Shown here piece by piece: positions 17,296 through 25,486 of a stretch of DNA of 56,501 bases. The position numbers were made by a program, and so were the translations under genes. Position 1 is the first letter of the stretch, and each line of letters begins with the position of its first letter. This DNA is from a virus: the IMG/VR virus record IMGVR_UViG_3300045988_086774, positions 1 to 56,501 of that record; one strand, given 5' to 3'. The notes under the pieces were generated by a model. It worked only from the letters and a program-made list of their open reading frames with translations. It was not told where the DNA came from and did no database searches.

Positions 17296-17529
17296 AAGCC
17301 CTCCTATACCATCGGAAACGCCATCCAATGCGTCACCGTCAAATCTTCCGGCAGTCTCTCGCCTATCTCGTCCCAGAACTGACCGTCTGCGTAACAGCCA
17401 AGAAAGTACGCTGTCGGCGAGATGCCTTGCAACATTTTTCCATATTTATCACGCCACGTTGTCCTAGTCGCGAGCAATAAAGGCTACGTCCGCTCTCGTG
17501 GTGGTTCGCTGGCTGGATGCCAGAGTGTG

Positions 17530-17754
17530 TTAGCCATTTTTATACCCCGCAGTAGCAAGAACGACTACATATCCAATTAAGAAAATAGCAACATTGATAA
17601 CCACACAAGCAACAAACTTAATAACGATGCTATCAATATATTCGTCTAAAGTGTCCCAAAGGATATATCGTTCAAACAGATAAATGGGAGATACAAACAA
17701 TATCCCCACCATCGTTGTCAAAACGATGCCTAAAGCGACTTCATATATCGGCAT
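17530..17754 (-). CDS. Small membrane protein (2 TM)
   Basis: MPIYEVALGIVLTTMVGILFVSPIYL...VVINVAIFLIGYVVVLATAG. Confidence 0.5.
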   Translation of the reverse strand: MPIYEVALGIVLTTMVGILFVSPIYLFERYILWDTLDEYIDSIVIKFVACVVINVAIFLIGYVVVLATAGYKNG

Positions 17755-17768
17755 TGCCCTTTCTCCCT

Positions 17769-18134
17769 TCAATCTCCGTCCCATACACCGTCAGGCCGCA
17801 TCTTTGCAAACGCAAGCAGACCATACAAGGCGCGTTTGGCATTGCCCTCTGTGGCGTTCCAGTAGTCGTTATCGTCCACATCATCACCAAGTGCGGCAAT
17901 AGCCTTTTCCAACATCGGGATGCTTTCTGCGCCTGTTTTACCGTAGATAGAACGAATGCCATCCTCACCGAACACATCATCACGGTAATAGAACTCCCCG
18001 TAGTTCCATGTGACGTTGAGCCACAGTTCTTTCGTTCCGCCCATAGCACGCATACCACCAGCGATAAAATGCGTACTATCTGCTTTGAGCGGTTTGTGCG
18101 TTACTGGGTCGCACAGTGAAATATCATAGCTCAT
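17769..18134 (-). CDS. Hypothetical protein
   Basis: ATG 18134 behind GGAGAAGGAAG; MSYDISLCDPVTHKPLKADSTHFIAGG... Confidence 0.55.
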   Translation of the reverse strand: MSYDISLCDPVTHKPLKADSTHFIAGGMRAMGGTKELWLNVTWNYGEFYYRDDVFGEDGIRSIYGKTGAESIPMLEKAIAALGDDVDDNDYWNATEGNAKRALYGLLAFAKMRPDGVWDGD

Positions 18135-18363
18135 CTTCCTTCTCCCATTCCTTGCATCCTTGTTCATTCCACACGAAGTCTGCAACGTGTTCTGATTGGT
18201 CGTTCACACACACGCCCTCCGGCTCTGCGTACCATTTGCAAGAGCCGCAAGACGGCTCAGATTTGTTCTCACAGGATTCTGCTGTGCATCGGATAGCCTT
18301 ACCAGCGGAGAACTGTTTGATGCCAATGCAAGAGCAGTGTTCGGTGGTGCAGTAGAAGTTCAT
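18124..18363 (-). CDS. Cys-rich small protein
   Basis: ATG 18363 behind GGAAGGAGA; 12 Cys in 79 aa. Confidence 0.5.
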   Translation of the reverse strand: MNFYCTTEHCSCIGIKQFSAGKAIRCTAESCENKSEPSCGSCKWYAEPEGVCVNDQSEHVADFVWNEQGCKEWEKEDEL

Positions 18364-18521
18364 TCCTCTATCTCCTTCCATCCGATAAACTCGCATAAGC
18401 CAATAGTGTTATTGGCGCAACGCTCCGGGTCTCGATGCTTGATAAGCTCGCAGATGCCCGGTGTCAGGTTTTCCCTGATGTCATCATCCGTCATGGAGCG
18501 AATGAAATCGCCGTTAGTCAT
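18360..18521 (-). CDS. Hypothetical small protein (53 aa)
   Basis: ATG 18521 overlaps the terS stop; MTNGDFIRSMTDDDIRENLTPGICELIKHRDPERC... Confidence 0.45.
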   Translation of the reverse strand: MTNGDFIRSMTDDDIRENLTPGICELIKHRDPERCANNTIGLCEFIGWKEIEE

Positions 18522-19269
18522 GTTCTTCCACCTCTCTGTACTCCACGTCAATCCCTTTCGGCAAAGCCGTCTGGTACTTCTGGGCGAGCTGTTCTGCGCT
18601 CTGGGCATCGCCCAACGGCTGTTCAGGCGGCGCAACGGTGACTTCCACGTTGTCACGCATACCAAAGTAGTTCTTGGCTCGGAAAATCCACTCTGCCGGA
18701 TTCTCCTGCCCGTACATACCGTTGTACGCCCACATGGACTGCATTTGCAGAATCAGCTTCAAGATGTACTTCTGCTGCAAGCTGTCGTCACGGCGTTTGC
18801 CTGTCATAATCTGTCTCAGGCTAGGCCATTCGATGCCAAGAACCAATGCAATCCATTCCACAACAGGGGATATCCTGGCTTCGATGCAAGCGTCAAAGAA
18901 GAAATCAAGGCGTTGCTGCACTTCAATGGGGTTGTTCATGTCCACACTCGGAAGGTCGCCAAAATACTTTGCGGCAATCATGCCGACAACTTTCTTGTCC
19001 TCTTCATCGCCGATTCTTGACTGCAAATCCCCTGTGTTCATCATCTTCAGCTTCTCGATAGCCAACGCCTGTTGCTCCTTTACCTTCTTACTGACCTGTG
19101 AACGGATGCTTTTGTTCTTGTTGAGGTTCTGTATACGCTTCTTCTCTCGCTCTTTCTCACGCTTTGCAGCGGCTTGTTCTTTCGCCTTTTGCGCTCGCTT
19201 CTCACGCTTTTTCTTTTCGGCTTCGGTCAGCGGCGGTCTACCACGACCACGCTTCGGGGGTGTTGCCAA
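18514..19269 (-). CDS. terS: Terminase small subunit-like protein (Terminase_2 type) with an AT-hook-like N-terminus
   Basis: TTG start behind GAGGTG. KRGRGRPP at the N-terminus. ISPVVEWIALVLGIEWPSLRQIM...ENPAEWIFRAKNYFGMRDNVE fits the TerS HTH and C-terminal pattern. Confidence 0.6.
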   Translation of the reverse strand: MATPPKRGRGRPPLTEAEKKKREKRAQKAKEQAAAKREKEREKKRIQNLNKNKSIRSQVSKKVKEQQALAIEKLKMMNTGDLQSRIGDEEDKKVVGMIAAKYFGDLPSVDMNNPIEVQQRLDFFFDACIEARISPVVEWIALVLGIEWPSLRQIMTGKRRDDSLQQKYILKLILQMQSMWAYNGMYGQENPAEWIFRAKNYFGMRDNVEVTVAPPEQPLGDAQSAEQLAQKYQTALPKGIDVEYREVEEHD

Positions 19270-19275
19270 GAGTTA

Positions 19276-19440
19276 TCACCTCTTCATTTTCGTTTCGATG
19301 TTTCTCAGTTCCCGTGCAATCCACAAGATGGAGCAGCAGTTGTCCCACTGCCGCCACCAAGCGCACTTTTCTTTCTCGCATACGCACCGACCAAGCGGAT
19401 TGCTGGTCATCTTCATTGGGCAGTAAAGTTCGTTGTCCAT
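19276..19440 (-). CDS. Small Cys-rich protein (54 aa)
   Basis: ATG 19440 overlaps the upstream TAA; MDNELYCPMKMTSNPLGRCVCEKEKCAWWRQWDNCCSILWIAREL... Confidence 0.45.
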   Translation of the reverse strand: MDNELYCPMKMTSNPLGRCVCEKEKCAWWRQWDNCCSILWIARELRNIETKMKR

Positions 19441-19676
19441 TAGTACTCCTTTTCGATATGAACCTTTGCAATTCTGACCATCGTATTATCTTTGAAACAC
19501 GCAGGTCTGCCATTACTGAGAAACACGCAATTATACGTTATTGCTTCTCTAAATAAGGAAACGTCCGTAATACTATTTATTCTCATTAAGAGATCTTTTT
19601 TGTAATAAAACGGTTCTCCAATCTTGAGCGAATCAAAACGAACCACCTGATTATCACGCTCTCCACGAATTTCCAT
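19440..19676 (-). CDS. Hypothetical protein (weak paralog of 19888..20109)
   Basis: ATG 19676 behind GGGAGG. Shares a G(E/D)xF...N...L pattern with the downstream paralog. Confidence 0.45.
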   Translation of the reverse strand: MEIRGERDNQVVRFDSLKIGEPFYYKKDLLMRINSITDVSLFREAITYNCVFLSNGRPACFKDNTMVRIAKVHIEKEY

Positions 19677-19678
19677 TT

Positions 19679-19879
19679 TTACCTCCCAAGAAATACAAAC
19701 GCCCACTTCATCCATTCGGGAATATCTGCGGAAAACAACCCCTTATACATAAAAATGGAAAGTGCGATAGACGAGACTGCCACGACTGCAATAAAAGCGA
19801 TTACAACGCCTTGCAGAATCGCAAACTTTCTACGGCTTCTTTCCATTCTCTTTTCAATGTCATAAAGTTCGTTGTACAT
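19679..19879 (-). CDS. Small membrane protein
   Basis: Central TM FAILQGVVIAFIAVVAVSSIALSIF. Confidence 0.5.
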   Translation of the reverse strand: MYNELYDIEKRMERSRRKFAILQGVVIAFIAVVAVSSIALSIFMYKGLFSADIPEWMKWAFVFLGR

Positions 19880-19887
19880 GATTTTTC

Positions 19888-20109
19888 TTAGCCCTCCAAC
19901 TGGAGATGAGCGTTTACCATCTTGACGGGGAAATACTCATCTATCTGCAAAAACTCTCCGCTTTTTAAGCTGACACCGCCAGACAATTTACTTACCGAAA
20001 GGTTCACGTTAGCTTTCACGAGAATTTCTCCGTTAATCTCAAACACATCTCCATACTCCAGACACCCAAAATTTATTTCTTTTCTCTCAATGTCGCAAAT
20101 TTCCATCAT
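19888..20109 (-). CDS. Hypothetical protein
   Basis: MMEICDIERKEINFGCLEYGDVFEINGEILVKANV... Confidence 0.45.
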   Translation of the reverse strand: MMEICDIERKEINFGCLEYGDVFEINGEILVKANVNLSVSKLSGGVSLKSGEFLQIDEYFPVKMVNAHLQLEG

Positions 20110-20288
20110 TTCCACCCAATCACAACTGCCGTACAAACGGCCAGACACACGTTGACGAACGCCCAGACGAGCATTGCCTGTCGTTTCTCAAACAGGTTGT
20201 CTGCCATGTCCTTGATTGTCCATTCAGACTGAACCACTACCGCCAGCAGGACTAGGCAGACCAGCCAGCGAGTTACAAATTCAAACAT
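20106..20288 (-). CDS. Small membrane protein (2 TM)
   Basis: WLVCLVLLAVVVQ and LVWAFVNVCLAVCTAVVIGW. Confidence 0.5.
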   Translation of the reverse strand: MFEFVTRWLVCLVLLAVVVQSEWTIKDMADNLFEKRQAMLVWAFVNVCLAVCTAVVIGWK

Positions 20289-21173
20289 TGTTATCCTCCA
20301 TCAAATCATCCATGCTCAACTGACCGCTGATGTTGTCGTCTTCCATCCACCAGCGAAAAACGTCCATTCCTGTTTGCCAATCGCACGGCAGACATTTTGC
20401 TTTTCTGACGTCAAGCATTCTTTCAAACGCAGAAATGTACATTTTTTCGTAGGCAGGCCAGCGCATAAACTCGCGCTGTCTGCCCCCCTACCAGCAATTG
20501 GACAGCCGATGCAGCCAACACGCTTCTGCCCTTCGCAGTAAAGTGGGTTGATGGGCAAGTGTTCGCTATGCGTGTAATTCCACACATCATCATCCGACCA
20601 GTCGATAATCGGATTGACGGTCATCTTGCCTTTGACGTTGCACGTTTCAAACAGCTTTCTCTTCTCGTCATTATCGCTCGTGAGGATGATGCGCTTCTCT
20701 TTGTCTTTGTGCATCAGCTCCATCACGCCACGACTATTCTTTCTCCGAGCGGATTCAGCCCAACGAACGCCAGTGGCAATAAACCGATTTTTCCCTGTGT
20801 TTTCTTTCAAAACATCACAGCAATACCGCACAAGTCGTGTGGGCGGCATCAGCTTTTGCGGAATCAACGTCCACATGGACACGGGCTTGTCCTTGTATCG
20901 TGGCATAACAATGGAGCACTTAATTCCACGTTCTTCCATCGCTTTGAACTGCTCACGGATGAAATAGACCGTTTCCGGCGCATCTACTGTGGTGTGGCTG
21001 TTGACCACCTCAAAGTTGATTCCTGCACGTTCAGCCAGCGCCACAAGTACCTGTGAATCCTTGCCGCCAGAGTATGTGACCATTAACGGCTTCTTGTAAC
21101 GATGCTCTGACAGCCTTGCCGCGTCCTGCAACCGTGCGATTGCAAGCTGTTCCTTGTCCATTATTAGCTCCAT
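20281..21173 (-). CDS. PAPS reductase-like (PP-loop ATPase) protein, interrupted by a frame change at a G6 run
   Basis: PP-loop VTYSGGKDSQV, then CIGCPIAG. At 20483..20488 (G6 on the coding strand) the frame breaks, and the -1 frame continues ...GRQREFMRWPAYEKMYISAFERMLD to 20281. Confidence 0.75.
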
Positions 21174-21487
21174 CTTTCTCTCAACTCTTTTTCGACCTGT
21201 TCTGACTTTGCTGTGATGTAATCCGCAAACTCGTCAGGGGTCATGCCCTCTTCTTTGATCTTTCCGACCATATCCCAGTATCTGTCACCAATGCGGATGA
21301 TTTTCTGCACCTGTTCATCGGTCAGGTCTGCATCGCACCGAAGGTTCTGAATCAGCGCGCCCCATGTGGTGGCAACGCCATCCAGAGCCATGCGAAAACC
21401 GTACAACTGGTTCTGTCGTGCGATTTTGCGGAGGTTGGTCGGCTTGACCTGTTTGCCGCACAGAGGACAGTTTCCGAATTTATTCAT
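21164..21487 (-). CDS. Hypothetical protein with an N-terminal CxxC
   Basis: ATG 21487 overlaps the upstream stop; MNKFGNCPLCGKQVKPTNLRKIARQ... Confidence 0.5.
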   Translation of the reverse strand: MNKFGNCPLCGKQVKPTNLRKIARQNQLYGFRMALDGVATTWGALIQNLRCDADLTDEQVQKIIRIGDRYWDMVGKIKEEGMTPDEFADYITAKSEQVEKELRERWS

Positions 21488-21788
21488 CCGACCGCTCCTT
21501 ATCTTGAAGGCGATGGAGCCAACGGTAGTATTTTTCGCTTGCAATAATTCCAATTCGCTCATACGCCTTTCTGTCATCCGAAAAATCAAGAGCGGACATG
21601 CACACCATAACATCTGCGTATTCCTCTTCAAACGCCTTTCGGCATTCTTCAACGCTCTTCGGTGTCGGGTTCGTTCCATCCAGCGCACGGCGCAGCTTCA
21701 ACGCAGCTTGTGCCAATTCGGACGCTTCTTCTGCCAACTGCGCCAAGATTTCGGTCTTAGGCAGGATGTCTGAAACTTTCTTGCTCAC
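21480..21788 (-). CDS. MazG-like nucleotide pyrophosphohydrolase (small phage type)
   Basis: GTG 21788 behind AAAGGAGAA. ILAQLAEEASELAQAALKLRRA...EEEYADVMVCM fits the MazG helix pair. Confidence 0.45.
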   Translation of the reverse strand: MSKKVSDILPKTEILAQLAEEASELAQAALKLRRALDGTNPTPKSVEECRKAFEEEYADVMVCMSALDFSDDRKAYERIGIIASEKYYRWLHRLQDKERSDE

Positions 21789-21964
21789 TTCTGTTCTCCT
21801 TTCAACCAGTCGTTCAGCTTTGCCATGCAAGAGGGGCAAAGGCGATACTCGCAGTCATACGGGCCGCCAACACCCCACACACGCATCTCAATGTCAGTGA
21901 AGTTGTTGTATTCGTATAAAGGATACGTCTCCCCGCATCTATCACACTTAAGCGTCTCTCCCAT
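21785..21964 (-). CDS. Small zinc-ribbon protein (59 aa)
   Basis: ATG 21964 overlaps the recU stop; MGETLKCDRCGETYPLYEYNNF...YRLCPSCMAKLNDWL. Its stop overlaps the next GTG. Confidence 0.45.
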   Translation of the reverse strand: MGETLKCDRCGETYPLYEYNNFTDIEMRVWGVGGPYDCEYRLCPSCMAKLNDWLKGEQK

Positions 21965-22481
21965 GTTCTTTCTCCAATCTCTTTAGCAGCCCATCCACGT
22001 CATACCGCCAATGGACACACAGCCTTTTTGCTTTGACCTCTATCCCCTCTTGTTCCGCCCACTGCCAAGGGATGCTCTTTCGGCTTTCGTTGTAACGGAA
22101 CGCCAGAACCTTATTGGCAGGGATTGCAAAGGTGCGGTTGACCGCCCGATAGTTGACTATCACATGGGCGGTCTGACCGCTGTACCCCATTGCATCCACC
22201 ATGTCCGTAATGTGCTTTTCCTTGCGGTATTTGCACTTTGCCTTGTCGTATTTACCGAACACCTTTTCCAGAGGGATAGAGGGCGTTTCAATGGTTTTTA
22301 GTTCAAACAGGTGGTTCATTGGGTATCGGTACACAAGGAAGTCGCAGATGTTGTCGATGGAAAAGGACAGATTTTCGTTGCCGCCGTAGTAGGCGGCAGC
22401 ACTGTCTTTCAGGCGGTAGCACCACGCATCCTTTGGCACGGAAGCTTTGAAATCCGCTTCAAACTGCTTGCCGATGTTCAT
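21948..22481 (-). CDS. recU: RecU-like Holliday junction resolvase (PD-(D/E)xK)
   Basis: MNIGKQFEADF...NICDFLVYRYPMNHLFELKT gives a D...ExK catalytic pattern with RecU-like spacing. Confidence 0.6.
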   Translation of the reverse strand: MNIGKQFEADFKASVPKDAWCYRLKDSAAAYYGGNENLSFSIDNICDFLVYRYPMNHLFELKTIETPSIPLEKVFGKYDKAKCKYRKEKHITDMVDAMGYSGQTAHVIVNYRAVNRTFAIPANKVLAFRYNESRKSIPWQWAEQEGIEVKAKRLCVHWRYDVDGLLKRLEKEHGRDA

Positions 22482-23032
22482 GCGTTGTCCTCGATTTGAT
22501 TTCCAAAAGCGTCCCATCCTTCACGATGGTTTCTTGCAAATAGTTCAATCTTTTTAGCTGTTGGGAACATATCCTCTAACATTTTATAGGCGCATTGCGG
22601 TTTATGGCTGTGATATGTAGCGGGTTCTCGAAGTATCGTTGTGTATTTACCTCTTGTTTCTTTTCTTGGCATCAACATTTTCCCGGGCTTGTAGAACCAC
22701 AAGAGATATTCGTGCGAGAACCGAACCGTAAAAGCAGGAGCAACGCCGTTTTCTTTATCCCAAACCATTCTCGCATGGAGTTTGTAGCCACGCTTTGCCA
22801 TTTGCCGTTCCGCTTCCATCAAGAACTTGTCAATGCACCACATAAACACATTGTGGCGGTCTGCTGTGTTTTCAAAGAAAACGTCTTGAATGGAAAAGCA
22901 GTCATCAAGCGAAAGAGTTTGATAATCAAGTTCTTTTCCTTGATTCGGTCTGCATTTTCTGATGTTTCCTTTTTTCTGCGGCCACGGTGGGTCTGTGTAA
23001 ATAATTTCGTACTTTTCGTTAAGTTCGTTCAT
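22478..23032 (-). CDS. MT-A70 family N6-adenine DNA methyltransferase
   Basis: IIYTDPPWPQ (DPPW motif), HSHKP, KIELFARNHREGWDAFGNQ. Confidence 0.85.
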   Translation of the reverse strand: MNELNEKYEIIYTDPPWPQKKGNIRKCRPNQGKELDYQTLSLDDCFSIQDVFFENTADRHNVFMWCIDKFLMEAERQMAKRGYKLHARMVWDKENGVAPAFTVRFSHEYLLWFYKPGKMLMPRKETRGKYTTILREPATYHSHKPQCAYKMLEDMFPTAKKIELFARNHREGWDAFGNQIEDNA

Positions 23033-23325
23033 TATTCATCCTCTTTGGGAATTCTAGGAATTGGCATCCAAAACTTGACCGGGTATTCATCATCAACCCA
23101 TTCCCCATCTTTGAACTGCATTGTTCTAATGCAGTTGCGCCAATACCAAAAATCGTAAACAACAAAATAAACCCCATTTTCACTAGGTTGTGCGTTTTTT
23201 ACGCTTGTCCATAACTGCATAGCGGTTGGAACCGTATCAATCCATTCTTCGGCTTCTTTTAGGTCAATGGGTTCTTCCATGTTCCCCAGTGCATCAATTA
23301 CATCCTCTGTGTCAACAAGTCTCAT
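23032..23325 (-). CDS. Hypothetical protein (DUF551-like C-terminus)
   Basis: 97 aa ending ...YPVKFWMPIPRIP. Confidence 0.45.
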   Translation of the reverse strand: MRLVDTEDVIDALGNMEEPIDLKEAEEWIDTVPTAMQLWTSVKNAQPSENGVYFVVYDFWYWRNCIRTMQFKDGEWVDDEYPVKFWMPIPRIPKEDE

Positions 23326-23540
23326 CCTCGTTCACCTCTAAATTCACTTCCGAGAAACCGCTTCTTGCCACGTTCCCGGTGCTTGTCCTCGTAGTTGCGG
23401 TGATACACGCTCTGGCTGTGGTTCAGCTCATGCACGAACGCCTTGCACTCCTCGAAGTCTTTCTTCTCTGCCTTGTACTTCTCGCAAGTATCGTGGCAAG
23501 CTGTGTAGCGTGATGTGCAGTTGAGACAACAGGTAATCAT
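23322..23540 (-). CDS. Cys-rich small protein
   Basis: ATG 23540 overlaps the methyltransferase stop (ATGA); MITCCLNCTSRYTACHDTCEKYKAEKKDFEECKAF... Confidence 0.5.
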   Translation of the reverse strand: MITCCLNCTSRYTACHDTCEKYKAEKKDFEECKAFVHELNHSQSVYHRNYEDKHRERGKKRFLGSEFRGERG

Positions 23541-25432
23541 TCTTCGCCGAATCTCCTTTTTGTTACAGCCATCGGGAACTCTTCGATTTCGCTTGCCCAC
23601 CGTGCAGTACCCTCGCCGTATGCTCTTTGCCAGACCAGAGGGAAACCACCTATACCATCGAACAGACTGCCCAGCTTAGGCTTTTCTTTCAGGTACGGGC
23701 GCATCCTCTGCACCAGCCAAAACCATTGTGGCAAAGCGATTGAGTTGCCCAAAGCCTTGTACCGTGGGCTGTCAGCGTACTTGTGTTTCTTGCCCTTACT
23801 GTCTGTCCAATCACCAATGTCAGTCCATCCGTCCGGGTAGCCTTGCAGGCGTTCGCATTCAACAGGTGTTAGGCGGCGTACAATCCATCGGAGTGTAAAC
23901 ACATATCCATGTCCGCCGCCTTCTCCGCTATACAACGCCGGCCATTTCCCGTATTCAGAAAAAATCCTGCGGCTCTGAACATCCCACGGTGTCAAACAGC
24001 CAGCGTGTTCAACCGCAATGGCTGTATAATCAGTGATTCTGCTTTCGTGGTCTCCCGTAATGGTCGGAACCGTCTTTCCATTTCCATTACCTCTTGCGTC
24101 AAAAACTCTGCACCTTACCAGCATATCGTTGTAAGCATCCTGTCCATTGTAACTTCCAGCGTGAGCGCCTGGCGAAAGAGTTCCTGTTTTGTCTTGAATC
24201 GGAATCGGCTGAACGATGACAAGTCCTCCCTGATTCTTCGTTGGGTTTGCGTCAGAGCAGTCGAGCGTTTTACTTACACCTGTTTCATTGAACCCGCTGT
24301 ACGGATTTGCCGATTTCATGCTGTTACTTGACAACGGATTTATGGAATACGCAACTGCATGACGGTCGATTGTGTTCAGTGTATAGCCCACTTCTTCTTT
24401 TGCGCCCAAGCCGTTCGCCCCTGCCGTATCGGCTCTGTCAACAATGTTTCCCGCAATGCAATAGCACACGCCGTGTTCATGCCGTGCCTGTAGAGTAAAG
24501 GCCGGGTCTCCATTCTTTCCAACTCCAAGACCTGTTTTTTCTCCCATCGAAATGTGTCTTGTAGCGATTTGTGTGTTTATTGGGATTATCTCCCCGGCTT
24601 GCACCAGTTGGAAAAGCGTCTGGTCTTGGAGAGTCGATAGCGTCCCGACTTTTTCTGTTTGCACAAGTGCGCCCTTTCCTCCTCCGGCACAGCCAGAGCG
24701 GATTTTAAGAGAGTACGCAGCTGCTTCTCCGCTTTCTCTCTTATCAGTTCTTTCCTCTCGTTCAGAGCGGCAAGCTTCTCCCGTCTTATCCGTTTTTGTT
24801 CTTCTGCAATCAGCATCTCCATCGCCTTTGCGGCCGCGCCCGGCTCCCACCACTCCATCATTTCCAGCAGGGCAGTTTGCAGTAAGTCCGGCAATTTCTT
24901 TCCACGTCGGGATGCGCGAATCAAGATGCCTTGACAGGCTCGTTCGCTCAAATAGTATTTCTCCGGCGCGTTGACCTGCAAAATCCACGACAAGAGCGAT
25001 ACGTTTTCTTCTCTGGGGCACTCCCCAATATTGAGCGTCAAGCTGTCGCCAAGCCAGAGACCATCCGTTTCTAACGATTGCTCCAGCTTTGCTCCATCTG
25101 CCCCCCCTATTCGAAGGTCGAGGAATTGAAACGTCTGGCTGTTCAACGCGGGCAAGTTCTTCCAGCACGGCTCTGAAATCTTCTCCTCCGTTGGAGCTGA
25201 ATGCTCCTGGCACGTTTTCCCAAACAGCGAAAGTTGGATACAGTCCATTTGTACTTGACCTCATTTCTTTTATAATCCGAACCGCTTCCATGAACAGCCC
25301 AGACCGTTCTCCCGCAAGCCCTGCCCTGCGCCCAGCAATGGACAGATCCTGACACGGGCTTCCGAATGTGATGCAGTCCACAGGCTCTATCTTGTCACCG
25401 TGAATCTTTGTAATGTCGCCCAAGTGTTTCAT
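23537..25432 (-). CDS. DNA (cytosine-5) methyltransferase with permuted motif order (IV-VI-VIII-TRD-IX-X-I-II)
   Basis: FGSPCQDLS (IV) near the N-terminus, VWENVPGAF (VI), GVPQRRKRIALV (VIII), RRLTPVECERLQGYPDGW (IX), YKALGNSIALP (X), then LGSLFDGIGGFPL (I) and WASEIEEFP (II) at the C-terminus. Confidence 0.85.
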   Translation of the reverse strand: MKHLGDITKIHGDKIEPVDCITFGSPCQDLSIAGRRAGLAGERSGLFMEAVRIIKEMRSSTNGLYPTFAVWENVPGAFSSNGGEDFRAVLEELARVEQPDVSIPRPSNRGGRWSKAGAIVRNGWSLAWRQLDAQYWGVPQRRKRIALVVDFAGQRAGEILFERTSLSRHLDSRIPTWKEIAGLTANCPAGNDGVVGAGRGRKGDGDADCRRTKTDKTGEACRSEREERTDKRESGEAAAYSLKIRSGCAGGGKGALVQTEKVGTLSTLQDQTLFQLVQAGEIIPINTQIATRHISMGEKTGLGVGKNGDPAFTLQARHEHGVCYCIAGNIVDRADTAGANGLGAKEEVGYTLNTIDRHAVAYSINPLSSNSMKSANPYSGFNETGVSKTLDCSDANPTKNQGGLVIVQPIPIQDKTGTLSPGAHAGSYNGQDAYNDMLVRCRVFDARGNGNGKTVPTITGDHESRITDYTAIAVEHAGCLTPWDVQSRRIFSEYGKWPALYSGEGGGHGYVFTLRWIVRRLTPVECERLQGYPDGWTDIGDWTDSKGKKHKYADSPRYKALGNSIALPQWFWLVQRMRPYLKEKPKLGSLFDGIGGFPLVWQRAYGEGTARWASEIEEFPMAVTKRRFGEE

Positions 25433-25486
25433 CTTTCCAAAACGCCCGTCCAGCCAGATAGCGCAGCTCTTATATAAGGTAGGCGG

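Noticed and set aside
23537-25432. Reading the methyltransferase as an N-terminally truncated pseudogene
   Set aside because: The frame is open for 631 codons and all catalytic motifs are intact. The supposedly missing motifs I-II are present in frame at the C-terminus, so a permutation is the more economical reading. Assembly collapse of tandem copies still needs to be excluded.
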